From positions 1,674,001 to 1,738,000 of the forward strand of contig VJWM01000025.1 of NCBI GenBank assembly GCA_010909165.1: a DNA stretch of 64,000 nt. The letters are read 5' to 3'. Both the position numbers and the translations under genes were made by a program. Origin of the DNA: Anthoceros angustus (lineage: Eukaryota; Plantae; Anthocerotophyta). The notes beneath the pieces were generated by a model, which saw nothing but the letters and a program-made list of their open reading frames with translations, was not told the DNA's origin and made no database searches. Shown piece by piece: positions 22,664-33,291 of the stretch (positions within the stretch are counted from its first letter, which is position 1; every line of letters begins with the position of its first letter).

Positions 22664-24295
22664 TCAACTCTGCCCGTAAGCTCGCTTAGCAGCAGTCAAT
22701 GTGTTGGACAAGAGCATCGCTATGGTCATAGGTCCCACACCGCCTGGAACAGGAGTTATGGAGGACGCCACTCTCACCGCCTCTTCATAGCAAACATCCC
22801 CAACCAGTTTGTAGCCTTTCTTGGAAGAAGGGTCCTGAGCACCAGACAAGAGAGACGGTGAGATAAACGCAGATTTGAAGAGGGATTTCAGTTAAGCAAG
22901 CGAGGAACATGGTATCCGACGTGCGTACCTCAACTGCGTTCATTCCCACATCTATAACAACAACCCCCGGCTTCAACCAATCGCCACGGACGAGGTTTGC
23001 TACCCCTGCTGCAACTATCACGATGTCTGCAGTGCGCACCACTGCTGCTGGATCTGGAGTGTGTGAATGCACCACAGTGACGGTCGCATTATGTCTCTGG
23101 CAGAAAGTAATTCGTGAGAGGTGTCAGAAAGAATTTGCCCAGTATGCAGGGAGGACAGCGAACAGCTATTACCTGTAACAGCATGGCAGCAGGTGTGCCG
23201 ACAACCTTGCTCCGCCCAACTACAACTGCCCTTTTTCCAGCTATTTCAATGCCAGAACGGAGGAGTAGCTCGATGCATCCTCTGGGAGTACAGGGCACAA
23301 ATAACGGAGTCCTGTCACTCATGGCCAGTTTCCCCAAATTGATGGGATCAAACCCGTCAACATCCTTCTCAATTTTCACTGCTCCTAGTATCCTCTCCTC
23401 GTTTAGATGCTGTCAAGCCATTTAGCACAGTGAGGGACAATATACAGTTCCACATGTCCACTCAGCAGGGAAGAAGGATCAGGACTCATATCACGCAGTA
23501 ATAGCTGCACCAATGCACATGTACCTACCTCCCAAAACATGCGAATAAAATCTCAATCCGGTGGCACACACTTACACGAGGGAGGGGAAGCTGCACAAGA
23601 ATTCCATGAACTTCAGGATCCTCATTATACTTGTGAATGTGACGCAGCACTTCATCTTCTGACACATCCTCCGGCAAGTCCACACCGTAATTCACGATCC
23701 CAACCTCCGTGCAAGTCTTCTTCTTGCTCCTCACATACGTCTGGGAGTCCTTCCGGGTGCCAACAAGAACAACAGCTAAGCCCGGAGCCTTCCCCACGGC
23801 ATCCTTCAGCCTGGCCACCTCTTCACCGACCTCTTGCCTGACCTGCTTCGCAATCGCCTTTCCATCAATAATTGCGGCCTGCTGCTCTGTTCTATCTACA
23901 AACAAAAGCACGAAACCACATTAGGGTTTCCTGCCATCACGGAGATCCCGCAAAACCAATCCAACGCACATACTGGCACTCACAACAAGCAGCAACCTGG
24001 AATCGTCTTGAACAACGGCACCAGCTCGGGCAGACTCCGAACGAACGTTCCACGACTCGACATGATCCCATCCCAGCAGCACGGGCATCAGCCATTGCTT
24101 CGAACTGCAGGTGGAAAGCCCCGAATCAAAACCTATCCTAGACAACGTGCTCGGCCGGGCCACAGAAGCAGAGCTGCACGCGGCGATGGGGCTTGTGCAA
24201 AGCGCCTTGACAAAGAGGTCCGGGTGCCTCCGTGTAGACACGGTGTGGTAAGCGGACAGCATCGCCACACCCTTCAGGCCCGCGCTCATCGGCAT
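22664..24295 (-). CDS. folD: Bifunctional methylenetetrahydrofolate dehydrogenase/cyclohydrolase (FolD/DHC), with probable organellar transit peptide
   Basis: Exonic pieces [14 protein letters not shown]...[10 protein letters not shown]...[81 protein letters not shown]. Multiple short introns. Confidence 0.95.
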
Positions 24296-24809
24296 CCTTC
24301 CTCTCTGCGCCAAATGCACATGGAACTCCAATTCCCCAGCCAAAATAACTGCACTCTTTCAAATAAAACGTCGAGACAAAACCAGAAAGTCGTGAATGAG
24401 ATTTTATAGCGATTCAGTCGTGAATGAGTTTTTCGAAGAATACACATGAAACTCTGCGCCGCTTTGGTTTCTCTGCTCGAAGGAACTAGAAAGTGAACGG
24501 GCCCGATTCCCAATGACAAACGTGTTCCAGTCCTACTACGAGCCGCGGGCGCGCGCGCGCGCGGAGGGGGGGAGCTGCCAGGAAGGTTCTCCGTTCTTCG
24601 GACAGGAAGACGCGAGAGCCAAACCCTAGAGTCCAGGGCTCGAGGTTCCGTCCCAGGCAGCTTCGCCTCGAAACTCATATCATGAAAATTGTGACCCCGT
24701 AGAGGCCTCCCTTCAATCAAGCTCCCTTTCAGTGCTCCAGCTGCATTTCCAAATTCCAACAACCTCATGCGCCAGCAGCATGCATTGCAGTAGCAGGACT
24801 CACATACAT

Positions 24810-25421
24810 TCAAGGTGACAGCATTCGGATCATGTAAGAAAGGCAGAACAGAACACGAAGCATCATGTACCGTCGGAGTTGCCTCTCAGCCTCTCTCCGA
24901 AGCATTCGCTGGTGTTCGCGGAGGGAAAACGATTCATCCTCCGTCGGGATGGAAGGAAGCATGGAATCAAACAAGCTTTTGCCACAAGAAAGGTGTAGCT
25001 CTTGCACCACGCCATCTGAGGGAACTTCAAGCACCAGCTTCTCCTCCCCGTCGTAGACAGGAAGCATGCCGCGCCTCCTCCACCGCATCTTGATCGCCTT
25101 GACGACGGGCTGTCCTCTCACGCCCGGTGTCTCAGCAGGCGAGGCCGTTTCATCCCTCTCCCTACACAAATTCCTGACAGAAAAGGTATAGTCGTCCTCT
25201 ACCTCCACCGAGCCAGCCGAGCTTGAGACAGTCTCCTCCCCGCCAAAAAGAGGAATCATCCCCCTCCTCTTCCACGCCACCTTACTTCTCTTGGCCAACG
25301 GTATCCGCTGCGGATTCCGTTCATTCTCAGAAGCAAGGGAATCATCGAATTCAGAAAAACCGATCCTTGCTCTGGCCCGCAAGTCAATCACACTCTCTCT
25401 CCAGAGACGTCCAGCTCGCAT
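24810..25421 (-). CDS. Hypothetical protein, about 203 aa, with a duplicated W[KR]RRGM[IL]P motif and hydrophobic C-tail
   Basis: Within ORF 24810..25490. Motifs KVAWKRRGMIPLFGGEE and KMRWRRRGMLPVYDGEE. No family recognised. Confidence 0.5.
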   Translation of the reverse strand: MRAGRLWRESVIDLRARARIGFSEFDDSLASENERNPQRIPLAKRSKVAWKRRGMIPLFGGEETVSSSAGSVEVEDDYTFSVRNLCRERDETASPAETPGVRGQPVVKAIKMRWRRRGMLPVYDGEEKLVLEVPSDGVVQELHLSCGKSLFDSMLPSIPTEDESFSLREHQRMLRREAERQLRRYMMLRVLFCLSYMIRMLSP

Positions 25422-26101
25422 CACGCCCGATGTTGCTCCATTCAGGCTGCCAACTCCTGACTGGATTCCAATGCACAAAGAGTGTGACATGATGTTTGTG
25501 AATCTGATACGGGGTCGTGGCTGGATGAATGCAACAGGCTCGTGTACCGATGAACGCCGCTACGCAATCTTCCGATCCTGCAGCAACAACAAAGAAGCTC
25601 TGGATTGAGCTCCATGATTTTTTCCAAGATATGTATAGTGCGCGCACACAAGTACGCCGTGCCGCCTAGAACCAGCTCGCTTTCTAATTTGATCTTCCGC
25701 ACGCGGCAGCTCAGTCAACAACTCGTTGAGAGGCCGGCTTCCCTTCTTCCAGGCATAAGCGTAGCCAGCGCCCTTCCTTCGGGGAAAGTCATCAACAAAT
25801 CAATATAGGTATTATCATTTACTACATCTTATAAGTAAAGCATACAGAACACTCTCATTATAAAACATATGCTTAAAGATAATATAAGATTATGATATAA
25901 AGTAAAATATAAGATTATGATGATTGAATATGTAACAAGTTTGAAGATCTTTTAAATTAACATCAAACTACATAGTCTAAGCAAGGAGTTTCTATCATAC
26001 CTCTTGCACGCATCCTATCTCAATTCCATGATCGATATCCATCCTTGAATTATTTTAATACAGACTTTTACCTATATAATATTAAATAAATTTTTATAAA
26101 T

Positions 26102-26719
26102 CTATTGCTTGTATTTAAACGTCCATGGAATACGTTCCGGCGGGGGTATCATATCACAGTATCGCACAAAGCAATCTGTAGAATATACATAACCACGCAC
26201 TTTGTTTCTACATATGACCCTATGAAGCTCCTCAGCTAAGACAGAAATACAATACATGCAATTCTCTTGTGTTTTCATGGTTTCCGAGTACTTGCAACCA
26301 GCTCGAGCAAAAACACGTTTTTCAATATTAGCATTATATGGCATATACCGTTGTTGTACCATATAATTAACAAATCTTGTGTGTGTTTCATGTGCTACAA
26401 CAGACATAAGTCGTTCCAGTAAGATATCATATGAACTTCCGGATACATAATCGTCAGAACTGCACCATTTCCTACTTATAACAGTGTCTGGAACACTTGT
26501 AAAACCATCTCCTTCACTGGTCAATGTAATATCCAATCTTGTATGTAAGGAGTCCATTGCATCTAATTGTTCTATCCGCGAGTAGCCATCACTTTGCCAA
26601 GGCTCACAATAACTACATGAATCTAATTCCGATGTTAGTTCTTGAGCTATGGTGAGAATGTATGCATATGTACTAATTACTATGTATATAAATACTAATT
26701 GTGCTAGTTTTGTTGCCAT
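26102..26719 (-). CDS. Secreted single-DUF26 (Gnk2/stress-antifungal-like) cysteine-rich protein
   Basis: Hydrophobic N-terminal signal; RVFARAGC-x11-C-x2-C, then C-x12-CFVRY, the Gnk2-type cysteine pattern. Intronless, AT-rich. Confidence 0.7.
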   Translation of the reverse strand: MATKLAQLVFIYIVISTYAYILTIAQELTSELDSCSYCEPWQSDGYSRIEQLDAMDSLHTRLDITLTSEGDGFTSVPDTVISRKWCSSDDYVSGSSYDILLERLMSVVAHETHTRFVNYMVQQRYMPYNANIEKRVFARAGCKYSETMKTQENCMYCISVLAEELHRVICRNKVRGYVYSTDCFVRYCDMIPPPERIPWTFKYKQ

Positions 26720-27309
26720 TTTTTTTTATTGAGTGAGTAATCAAATGAATCTGCACATTGCTCTAGTGCATAAGCATGGGTATCTAAATATGATTACTCA
26801 CCACAATGTCTATAAAATGTTATCTCAAATACAATCCAATTTTTACATGTTAACAAATATTATCTCACAATTCAATTCAATAAAAGTGGTCTCACACACA
26901 CAACTCGCCAGGTGAAGTCAAGCGTGCCCTAACTCAGGAACGACACCAAATCCATTTCTATTTAATCTTGTTCCCTACGTCCCACAAAAATAGTGATACT
27001 TAACACCTAGTCCAACATTACCTTCACTCTTTTCTAATAAGATCATGTACTGCAAATTTTAGAATAGATGAAAGTCATGCTTATAAACTTCTAAAATATT
27101 CATGGAAGTGGTAATAACTTGAGTTGCTTCAATTTCTACATTGATATTTGTGCCAAGTTGATCAACCATAATTTGTCAACCAAAAATTCAGCAATTAAGA
27201 AATTACTATCATTAGATGAACACTTTGATATCAATATTGTTTTTTTAATTTTGATCATTTTATTATAATTTTATTTAGTCAATGGAAAAAGCTGTTTTGT
27301 ATATTGACT

Positions 27310-27712
27310 TTTGACATGATGAGCACAAAGAACGTGGTGACATGGGAGGCCCTGATAGCGGGGTATGACATGAGGCACTTTGTTCTATGGAAAATGGAAA
27401 ATGGAGCAGGAGGGGCTGATTTTGGCTATTCATATGACCTTTGCTTGCCTTACTCACAGGGTCAGGCAGCTGCATTGGCTGATTGTTGAGAGAGGACTGC
27501 TGGATGAGATACAGCTGGCTGCCCGGTGGACATGTATGCAAAAATGTGGTGAACTGAAAGATGCTTACTCGGAAGGTCAGGCAGCTGCACTCGCTGATTG
27601 TTGAGAGAGGACTGCTGGATGAGATACAGCTGGCTGCCTGGTGGAGATGTATGAAAAAATGTGGTGAACTGAAAGATGCACGGCGGGTTTTTGACAGCAG
27701 GGCCTCAAAGGA
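27310..27712 (+). pseudogene. Decayed PLS-PPR fragment with an internal ~124-bp duplication
   Basis: FDMMSTKNVVTWEALIAGY; RQLHxLIVERGLL...KCGELKDA twice, ending DARRVFD; frameshifts. Confidence 0.75.
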
Positions 27713-27716
27713 TGGC

Positions 27717-28329
27717 ATGGCCACGAAGGATAACTGTTACTTTCCTCAGGAAAAGTCGGAGGATCAGGGATTTTGCACAGGGCCGCTTTCAGTTGTCACG
27801 ATGAGTGTGCAGAATAACACGCAGGTTAGTGGCAGCTGTAATGGATGTCTGCGTCGGGGGTGTGCTTCACACTGTCCCTCATGACAAACCTGGCTACTGG
27901 CTGTACAGTGCAGGCTTTGATAAATTGGCGGGACAATGAGAAATTTGGTGCTTGGAAGAGTGAAGGCGTTCGACATGCATGGTAACATGGTGCTGGAGAA
28001 TGTGCGGGAGACGTGGACAGAAGTACGCTTTTGAAACCCTAGCCTTTCTTGGATGAGGTCTTGAGTGTTTACTGGGTTTGATGCTCTGTGTCTACTCATG
28101 CTGATGTGCTGAGGCCCGATAGGCTGGTGCCATAGGGTGGTCTGATGGGAACGTTGGATAATGTGTTGCCTGTTACTCAGCTGAAAAAGTTGTTTTCTGT
28201 TCCAGCCTGCAGGTCCCCAAGACAGGGAAGGGGAAAACGAAGGCGCAGCCAGTGAACAAAGACCGATTCATTAGCAAGATGTTTCTTCGCGGTGACTCTG
28301 TGATTATTGTGTTGAGGAATCCGAAGTAA
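27717..28329 (+). pseudogene. SmD2: Small nuclear ribonucleoprotein Sm D2, intron-containing probable pseudogene
   Basis: Exons 27750-27824 (TGPLSVVTMSVQNNTQ), 27914-28022 (LIN...[24 protein letters not shown]; 109 nt, frameshifted) and 28213-28329 (VPKTGKG...[23 protein letters not shown]). First donor lacks GT. Confidence 0.85.
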
Positions 28330-29507
28330 TGTTTGCCCTGAAGCTGTCTTAGTCTTGGCTCGCAGGATGGGAGCACTTGCAATCACGGTTGGACAAGCTT
28401 CCTGCTGGAGGACGCCGGCAGGAGATAACTATATCCTGTTAGGAAGACTTCTGCTTCAAATGACTGCCGAAAACAGGTGAACATTCAGCTTGGAGGCGTT
28501 TGTCGTTGTACATGTGAAGATGAGACTCTGAACGAGTGCGATGCTTCGAAGTTTTGTAAGCTCTTCTCCATGCTTCTTGGGCTGCGAGTTGGACCTCCCA
28601 AGGACAGATTTTGATTTCACAGCTGCGACCTGATTAAGTCGGATGAATTGGTCTCTACACCGGACTTTATTAAAACTCTTTTTTGACTGATTATCATTAA
28701 AAAATATTTTTTGATGTAATATTAGTATACAGATATATAATAATTTGAAATTTCGCCTGTATACCTTTTCTTTTTCTCTAAACCTAAACATGGACGCAGC
28801 GAATCGCTGGGATGGGGCCTGGCCTTCCGTGGGTGAAAAAATAAATCTTGCTCGGTCCGTCCCAGTTTGCCGTGTGTGACCGACCCCCGATTGGATGGGA
28901 GATGGGAGCGAGGCCCCGAGCCCTGTTCTCATGTCCGTACTTAATGTGCAGTACGTTTGAAATAAACCGGGAAAGGGAAAGGTAAAGTGTGCCGTGGGGT
29001 AGGCGCGGAAGAAAATTAATCTGCACCGTGCGATGACTCCCCGCGGGGAGCTGGGCACCGTGGGATCGAGCCGATCCGGCGGTCCAGGAGGGCCCGGCTG
29101 GATCCTTTGAAACGCAGTAGGCGAGTCTCGCCTCAAGAAGATGGCAGACGCGAGACAGGCGGAGGATCGTGACGGCGGCCTGCGGAATTTCTGTCCTCAG
29201 ACTCGGAATTTGATGGAGGAATCGGAAGAGCTGCTCGACAGGAAATTGGAAGGAAGAAGGAAGCGGAAATGTGGTAGCTGTTGGTAGTTCTGGAAAATGC
29301 GGGAGGCAGTGAGCTGCGGGCTCGGAACGAAGGACTCGTGCAACATCCTGTTTTAGAGAAGGAGGCAGGGAGATCAGGAAGCTGAGAGGCTATGAGAGCA
29401 GCAGCATTCTGTGAGCATCTGGAGGATTGGACGATTCTGCTGCTGCGCACAGGCAGGTTGTGGTGAGTAGGTGGCTAGGTGATTTGGAATTCAGCTCTCG
29501 TTCGAGA

Positions 29508-31880
29508 ATGGAGGCTCGGGACGATCCGGCAAGCTTTCCTCCCGGTCAAGGTTTGTTCGATCTCCTGCGTTGCTTGAAGGGAACGGAGTTGGTGCAAGTT
29601 CTGGTCGCGTTGAGAATTGTTTGTGTCTGTTGGCAGGGCAGCGACAGTGGTTTGACATCAAAGGCGGCGGCGACATGGTTAATCTCAAGCTCGTCATGGG
29701 GCTTGTGCTGGGAATAGGAATTTCCGTCATCCTGCTCATCATGACAGGAGTGTGCGTCGTCTTTTGGAGGCTACGCAAAGGGCCTGTGGAGAACTTTGTG
29801 GTTGTTTGTGAGTCCGCGGCGGACGAAGAAAGGGAGGACCAGAAGTTGCGTGGTGAGCATGCTTTTGAGAAACGGCGATGTGTATGCAGGGAAGAATGTC
29901 CTTCTGAAATGTTTTGTCTGTGTGTCTGGACGACAGCATCACAGAAGCAACTTCCTGCGCCAGAGCAACAGAAAGAGGTTTCTGGTTCCAGGGGAGAGAA
30001 GCCGAAGCTTTCCAAGGAGATCCTCCTCCAGGAACTGCGGTGCATGAGCAGGGGGGGTGGTAAGAAGTCGAAGAACTCATCGAACGAGAAGCTATCTCGG
30101 GACAAGCTGCAGGAGAAAGAATCCGATGTCTGTGAGGATGCGCACTTACAGGACCTAGAAGCTGCGACTGCACCTCGACAGAACTTTTACGAGGCTCACT
30201 CTTCAACGTATCAGGCTCTGCTGGATCGAAAAGAGGCACTGAAACCGATGGGAGACGGCGACATACAGGTCTTCTCTCTAAAGTACCTCCAGATCGCAGC
30301 CAACGGCTTCGCAGACCGGAACGTGCTTCTGGAGAGAAGCTTTTGCAGGGTGTTCAAGGTGAGTCTCTCTTTCGCCAAACGATCCTGCTTCCAGATGTTC
30401 AACTCGTTCACGAATTTTTCTGGCTCTGCAGGCCTACTTGATAACGGGGGAGCCTGTGGTCGTGGAGGTGCTGTACTGTGGAGGAAGGCTGGAAGCTGAG
30501 AAGTTCAGGAGGCATGTGGAGACTCTCAGCAGGCTCCAAAGCCCCTACCTTGTCCGCCTTCTAGGTTACTGCGCTGAAGCTGACCAGCGTCTGCTCATCA
30601 TGGAGTACATGCCAAAGGGCAGCTTGAAAGAACAACTCCACGGTAAACAGGTTCACAGAACGTTTGTCGGTATGAGATCTGCTTGGGCAGTGACTGACCC
30701 ACTAGTCGTGAAGCAGGTGCTTCGGTCATTCAGCGACACGCCCTTACTTGGCAGAGACGCCTTCACATCGCGTATTGTGTTGCCCAGGGCCTCGTCTTTC
30801 TTCATGAGACTATCGAACCCTCAGTATGCCACATGGACTTAGAGTCGGGAAACATCATGCTGGACTCTTACTACAACGCGAAGGTAAGGATAGCGATCTG
30901 AGTTTCGAATCAAGCTGGGTTAGCGTGAGGCAACTGATACTCTGTTCCCTTGTCCAACAGCTAGTGGACTTCTGCGTGACCGCACTTTTGGAAGTGGAAA
31001 CAGGACGAAACATGTCAAACAACGTGCTGGGCTCATTCACTTACCAAGCCCCAGAGTTCCGAGCAAACGGTGTCCGGACCACCAAGAGTGATGTTTTCAG
31101 CTTCGGAGTGGTGATGCTCGAGCTTCTGACGGGGAGAAAGCCCATTGACACAGAGCGTCCCAAGGGCCAGCAGTCTCTCGTCTCTTGGGTAAAAAGAAGC
31201 TACACATTGGTAGCGGACATGTGCACTTCGGAGTCACGTCCATCCGGCTGACTTTTGTTCTCTCTGGCTTCCTCAGGTGCTCCCGCAGATTGAACATCCG
31301 CAGCAGCTTCAGAACATGGTGGACCCGCCTCTCAAGTTCAACGGTGTAGTAGAACCTGACTCGTTCCTGGAGTTCGCACAGATTGCCGGGAAATGCCTGG
31401 AGTACGACCCACAGGAGAGGCCCAAGATGTCAGAGGTTATGAAGTTGATAACAAAGCTCATCGCCAAGCAAATACCCCGTCAGACATCATCCACCGGTAG
31501 TGTCAGCAGCTCAGACAGTGCAGCTGTTCTGGTAAGCTCTCGCCCTCACTATTGTGAACCTCTTGAGACCTAACAAGAAGCCTAGCACATACTGATGCCC
31601 CTCACACTTGTAGAACGATGAGCAGCACAGAGCGACCAACAGTGCCAGAGGAAGCGGAAGTGGAAGCGAGAACATGGTGAACTGCGAGTCAGAATCTTCA
31701 GACCCGAGTAACAACACACAAGGGAGCAACAGAACAGCCCCATACCCACAGAGAAGTACCACAGACAGCCTGAGACTCGACCCTGCTCCCCTGAAGATAA
31801 GTGGAAACCTGGCTGGGCGCAGGAAAGCCCAAAAGGGTCTGGAAGGTGCGTTTAAAACCCTAGCACAGAGGTTCCTCTGA
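29508..31880 (+). CDS. Single-TM receptor-like kinase without ectodomain; predicted pseudokinase
   Basis: [28 protein letters not shown]. Multi-exon RLK fold: [93 protein letters not shown]. Confidence 0.85.
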
Positions 31881-32202
31881 AAACACAGGGCATGCCTACT
31901 ATGTACTGAGTTGAGGTACCTAGTTCAATGTCTGTACTCACTCCCCTTGCTCTCACAGGTAGCAAACATTGGACCTGCAACGAGGAGAGAAGTCCCGGAG
32001 GGCCTTCGCTGTATAGACCAAGCCACTGAACGGGCCTTTCACCTACACATAACTCTAAGATAAACTGCATGTCGACAGACAGTCTGTACAGTAGCATAGC
32101 ACTTGTGGGAGGTACACAAACGTGGAGATGAATGAGAAGCATAGAATCCACCAAACTTTTGGCCTGAAGGAAGCTGACCTTTCTTGTTCCGCCAACTCGC
32201 GA

Positions 32203-33291
32203 TCAGTGCTTGTGCAGGAAGGCAACGGTGGCGACGCGGCTGCCCTCTCTGCCACCAAATCTGAAAACGGGATAGTTCCGAATATGATCAATATACTGCA
32301 ACGATGGGCCATCACCATCCGTAGGACCATCTTTAGAAGCAGCATCATCCGATGCCGGCGCAGATGCCGCTTCCGCCTCCGCCACCAGCTCGTCCTTGGT
32401 ATGGTTGCAGGAGGTGACAACGAGCACGCCCCCCGGCGCAAGCAGGCGCAGCACAGACTTCCAGTAGAGCGCGCGGTGCGCGCGGCCGTCGGGGTGCAGC
32501 CCGATCGCGTCCAGCGTGCCCTTGTCCGTCACCAGCCGGAATTGCCTCTCCAGCTTCGACTCCACCACATCGTCCACGAGGAAGGTAAGGCTCTCCAGCC
32601 CCTCCCGATCCGCCACGGCTCGGGCCAGCTCCACGGCGCCATCGCTGTAATCCGTGCCGGTGAGATCCGCAAACCCTTGCTTCGCCAGAGCGTGGAGCAG
32701 CAGCCCGTTCCCGGTCCCGATGTCCAGCACGCTCCACCCGGCCAGCTCCGGCGCGGCGGCCGCCGGATGCTCCCGCGACGCCAGCGCCAGGCCGTCTCCA
32801 TCCAGCGGCAAGCCGGCTGCCACCCCGGCGCACACCCGGGCGGTCCAGGCGGCCACAGTGTCCATCACCACCTCCCCGAACCAGATCTCGCCGGCATCGC
32901 CGTGCGTGTGGAAGTTGGCCAGCTCCGCAGCGTAGGCATGGTCCCAGTGGCTCTGCAGGCCCAGGGCGGACGGCTCAGCCTCATCTTCCTCCTCCTCCTC
33001 CTCCTGCTCATGCTCATGCTCTTCCTCGGGCTCCCGCTCCCCGTCTCCGTCCCCGTCCCCGTCCGATCCGTAGTCGGAGGCCCCGCGCTGCCGGCGCCGC
33101 GCGCTGAGCGAGGCCGCAGCCAGAGCGTCCACAGCTTCCGCGTAGCGCACCTCGTCCCCGTCCAGGGTGCTGCCATACTCGCTCTTCACAGACCACGAGT
33201 CCGCAGCCACCGACCGCTCATCGTCGGAGTAGTGCGCCGTAGCGGCAGCACCAGCGGTGGCCGCAGAGAATTCGAAGTCGGCCTGCTTCAT
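32203..33291 (-). CDS. EEF1A lysine methyltransferase (EFM4/METTL10-like), intronless
   Basis: SVAADSWSVKSEYGSTLD, HWDHAY..E..NF..HGDAGEIWFG, VLDIGTGNG, GTDYS, DKGTLDAI, ITSCN-like VTSCNHT, YPVFRFGG. Very GC-rich. ATG at 33291 is inferred. Confidence 0.9.
   Translation of the reverse strand: MKQADFEFSAATAGAAATAHYSDDERSVAADSWSVKSEYGSTLDGDEVRYAEAVDALAAASLSARRRQRGASDYGSDGDGDGDGEREPEEEHEHEQEEEEEEDEAEPSALGLQSHWDHAYAAELANFHTHGDAGEIWFGEVVMDTVAAWTARVCAGVAAGLPLDGDGLALASREHPAAAAPELAGWSVLDIGTGNGLLLHALAKQGFADLTGTDYSDGAVELARAVADREGLESLTFLVDDVVESKLERQFRLVTDKGTLDAIGLHPDGRAHRALYWKSVLRLLAPGGVLVVTSCNHTKDELVAEAEAASAPASDDAASKDGPTDGDGPSLQYIDHIRNYPVFRFGGREGSRVATVAFLHKH

Noticed and set aside
29852-29936. Cys-rich juxtamembrane segment in the RLK ORF (CVCREECP...CLC)
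   Set aside because: It is bounded by GTGAG...ACAG and is most likely an intron read through by the ORF finder.
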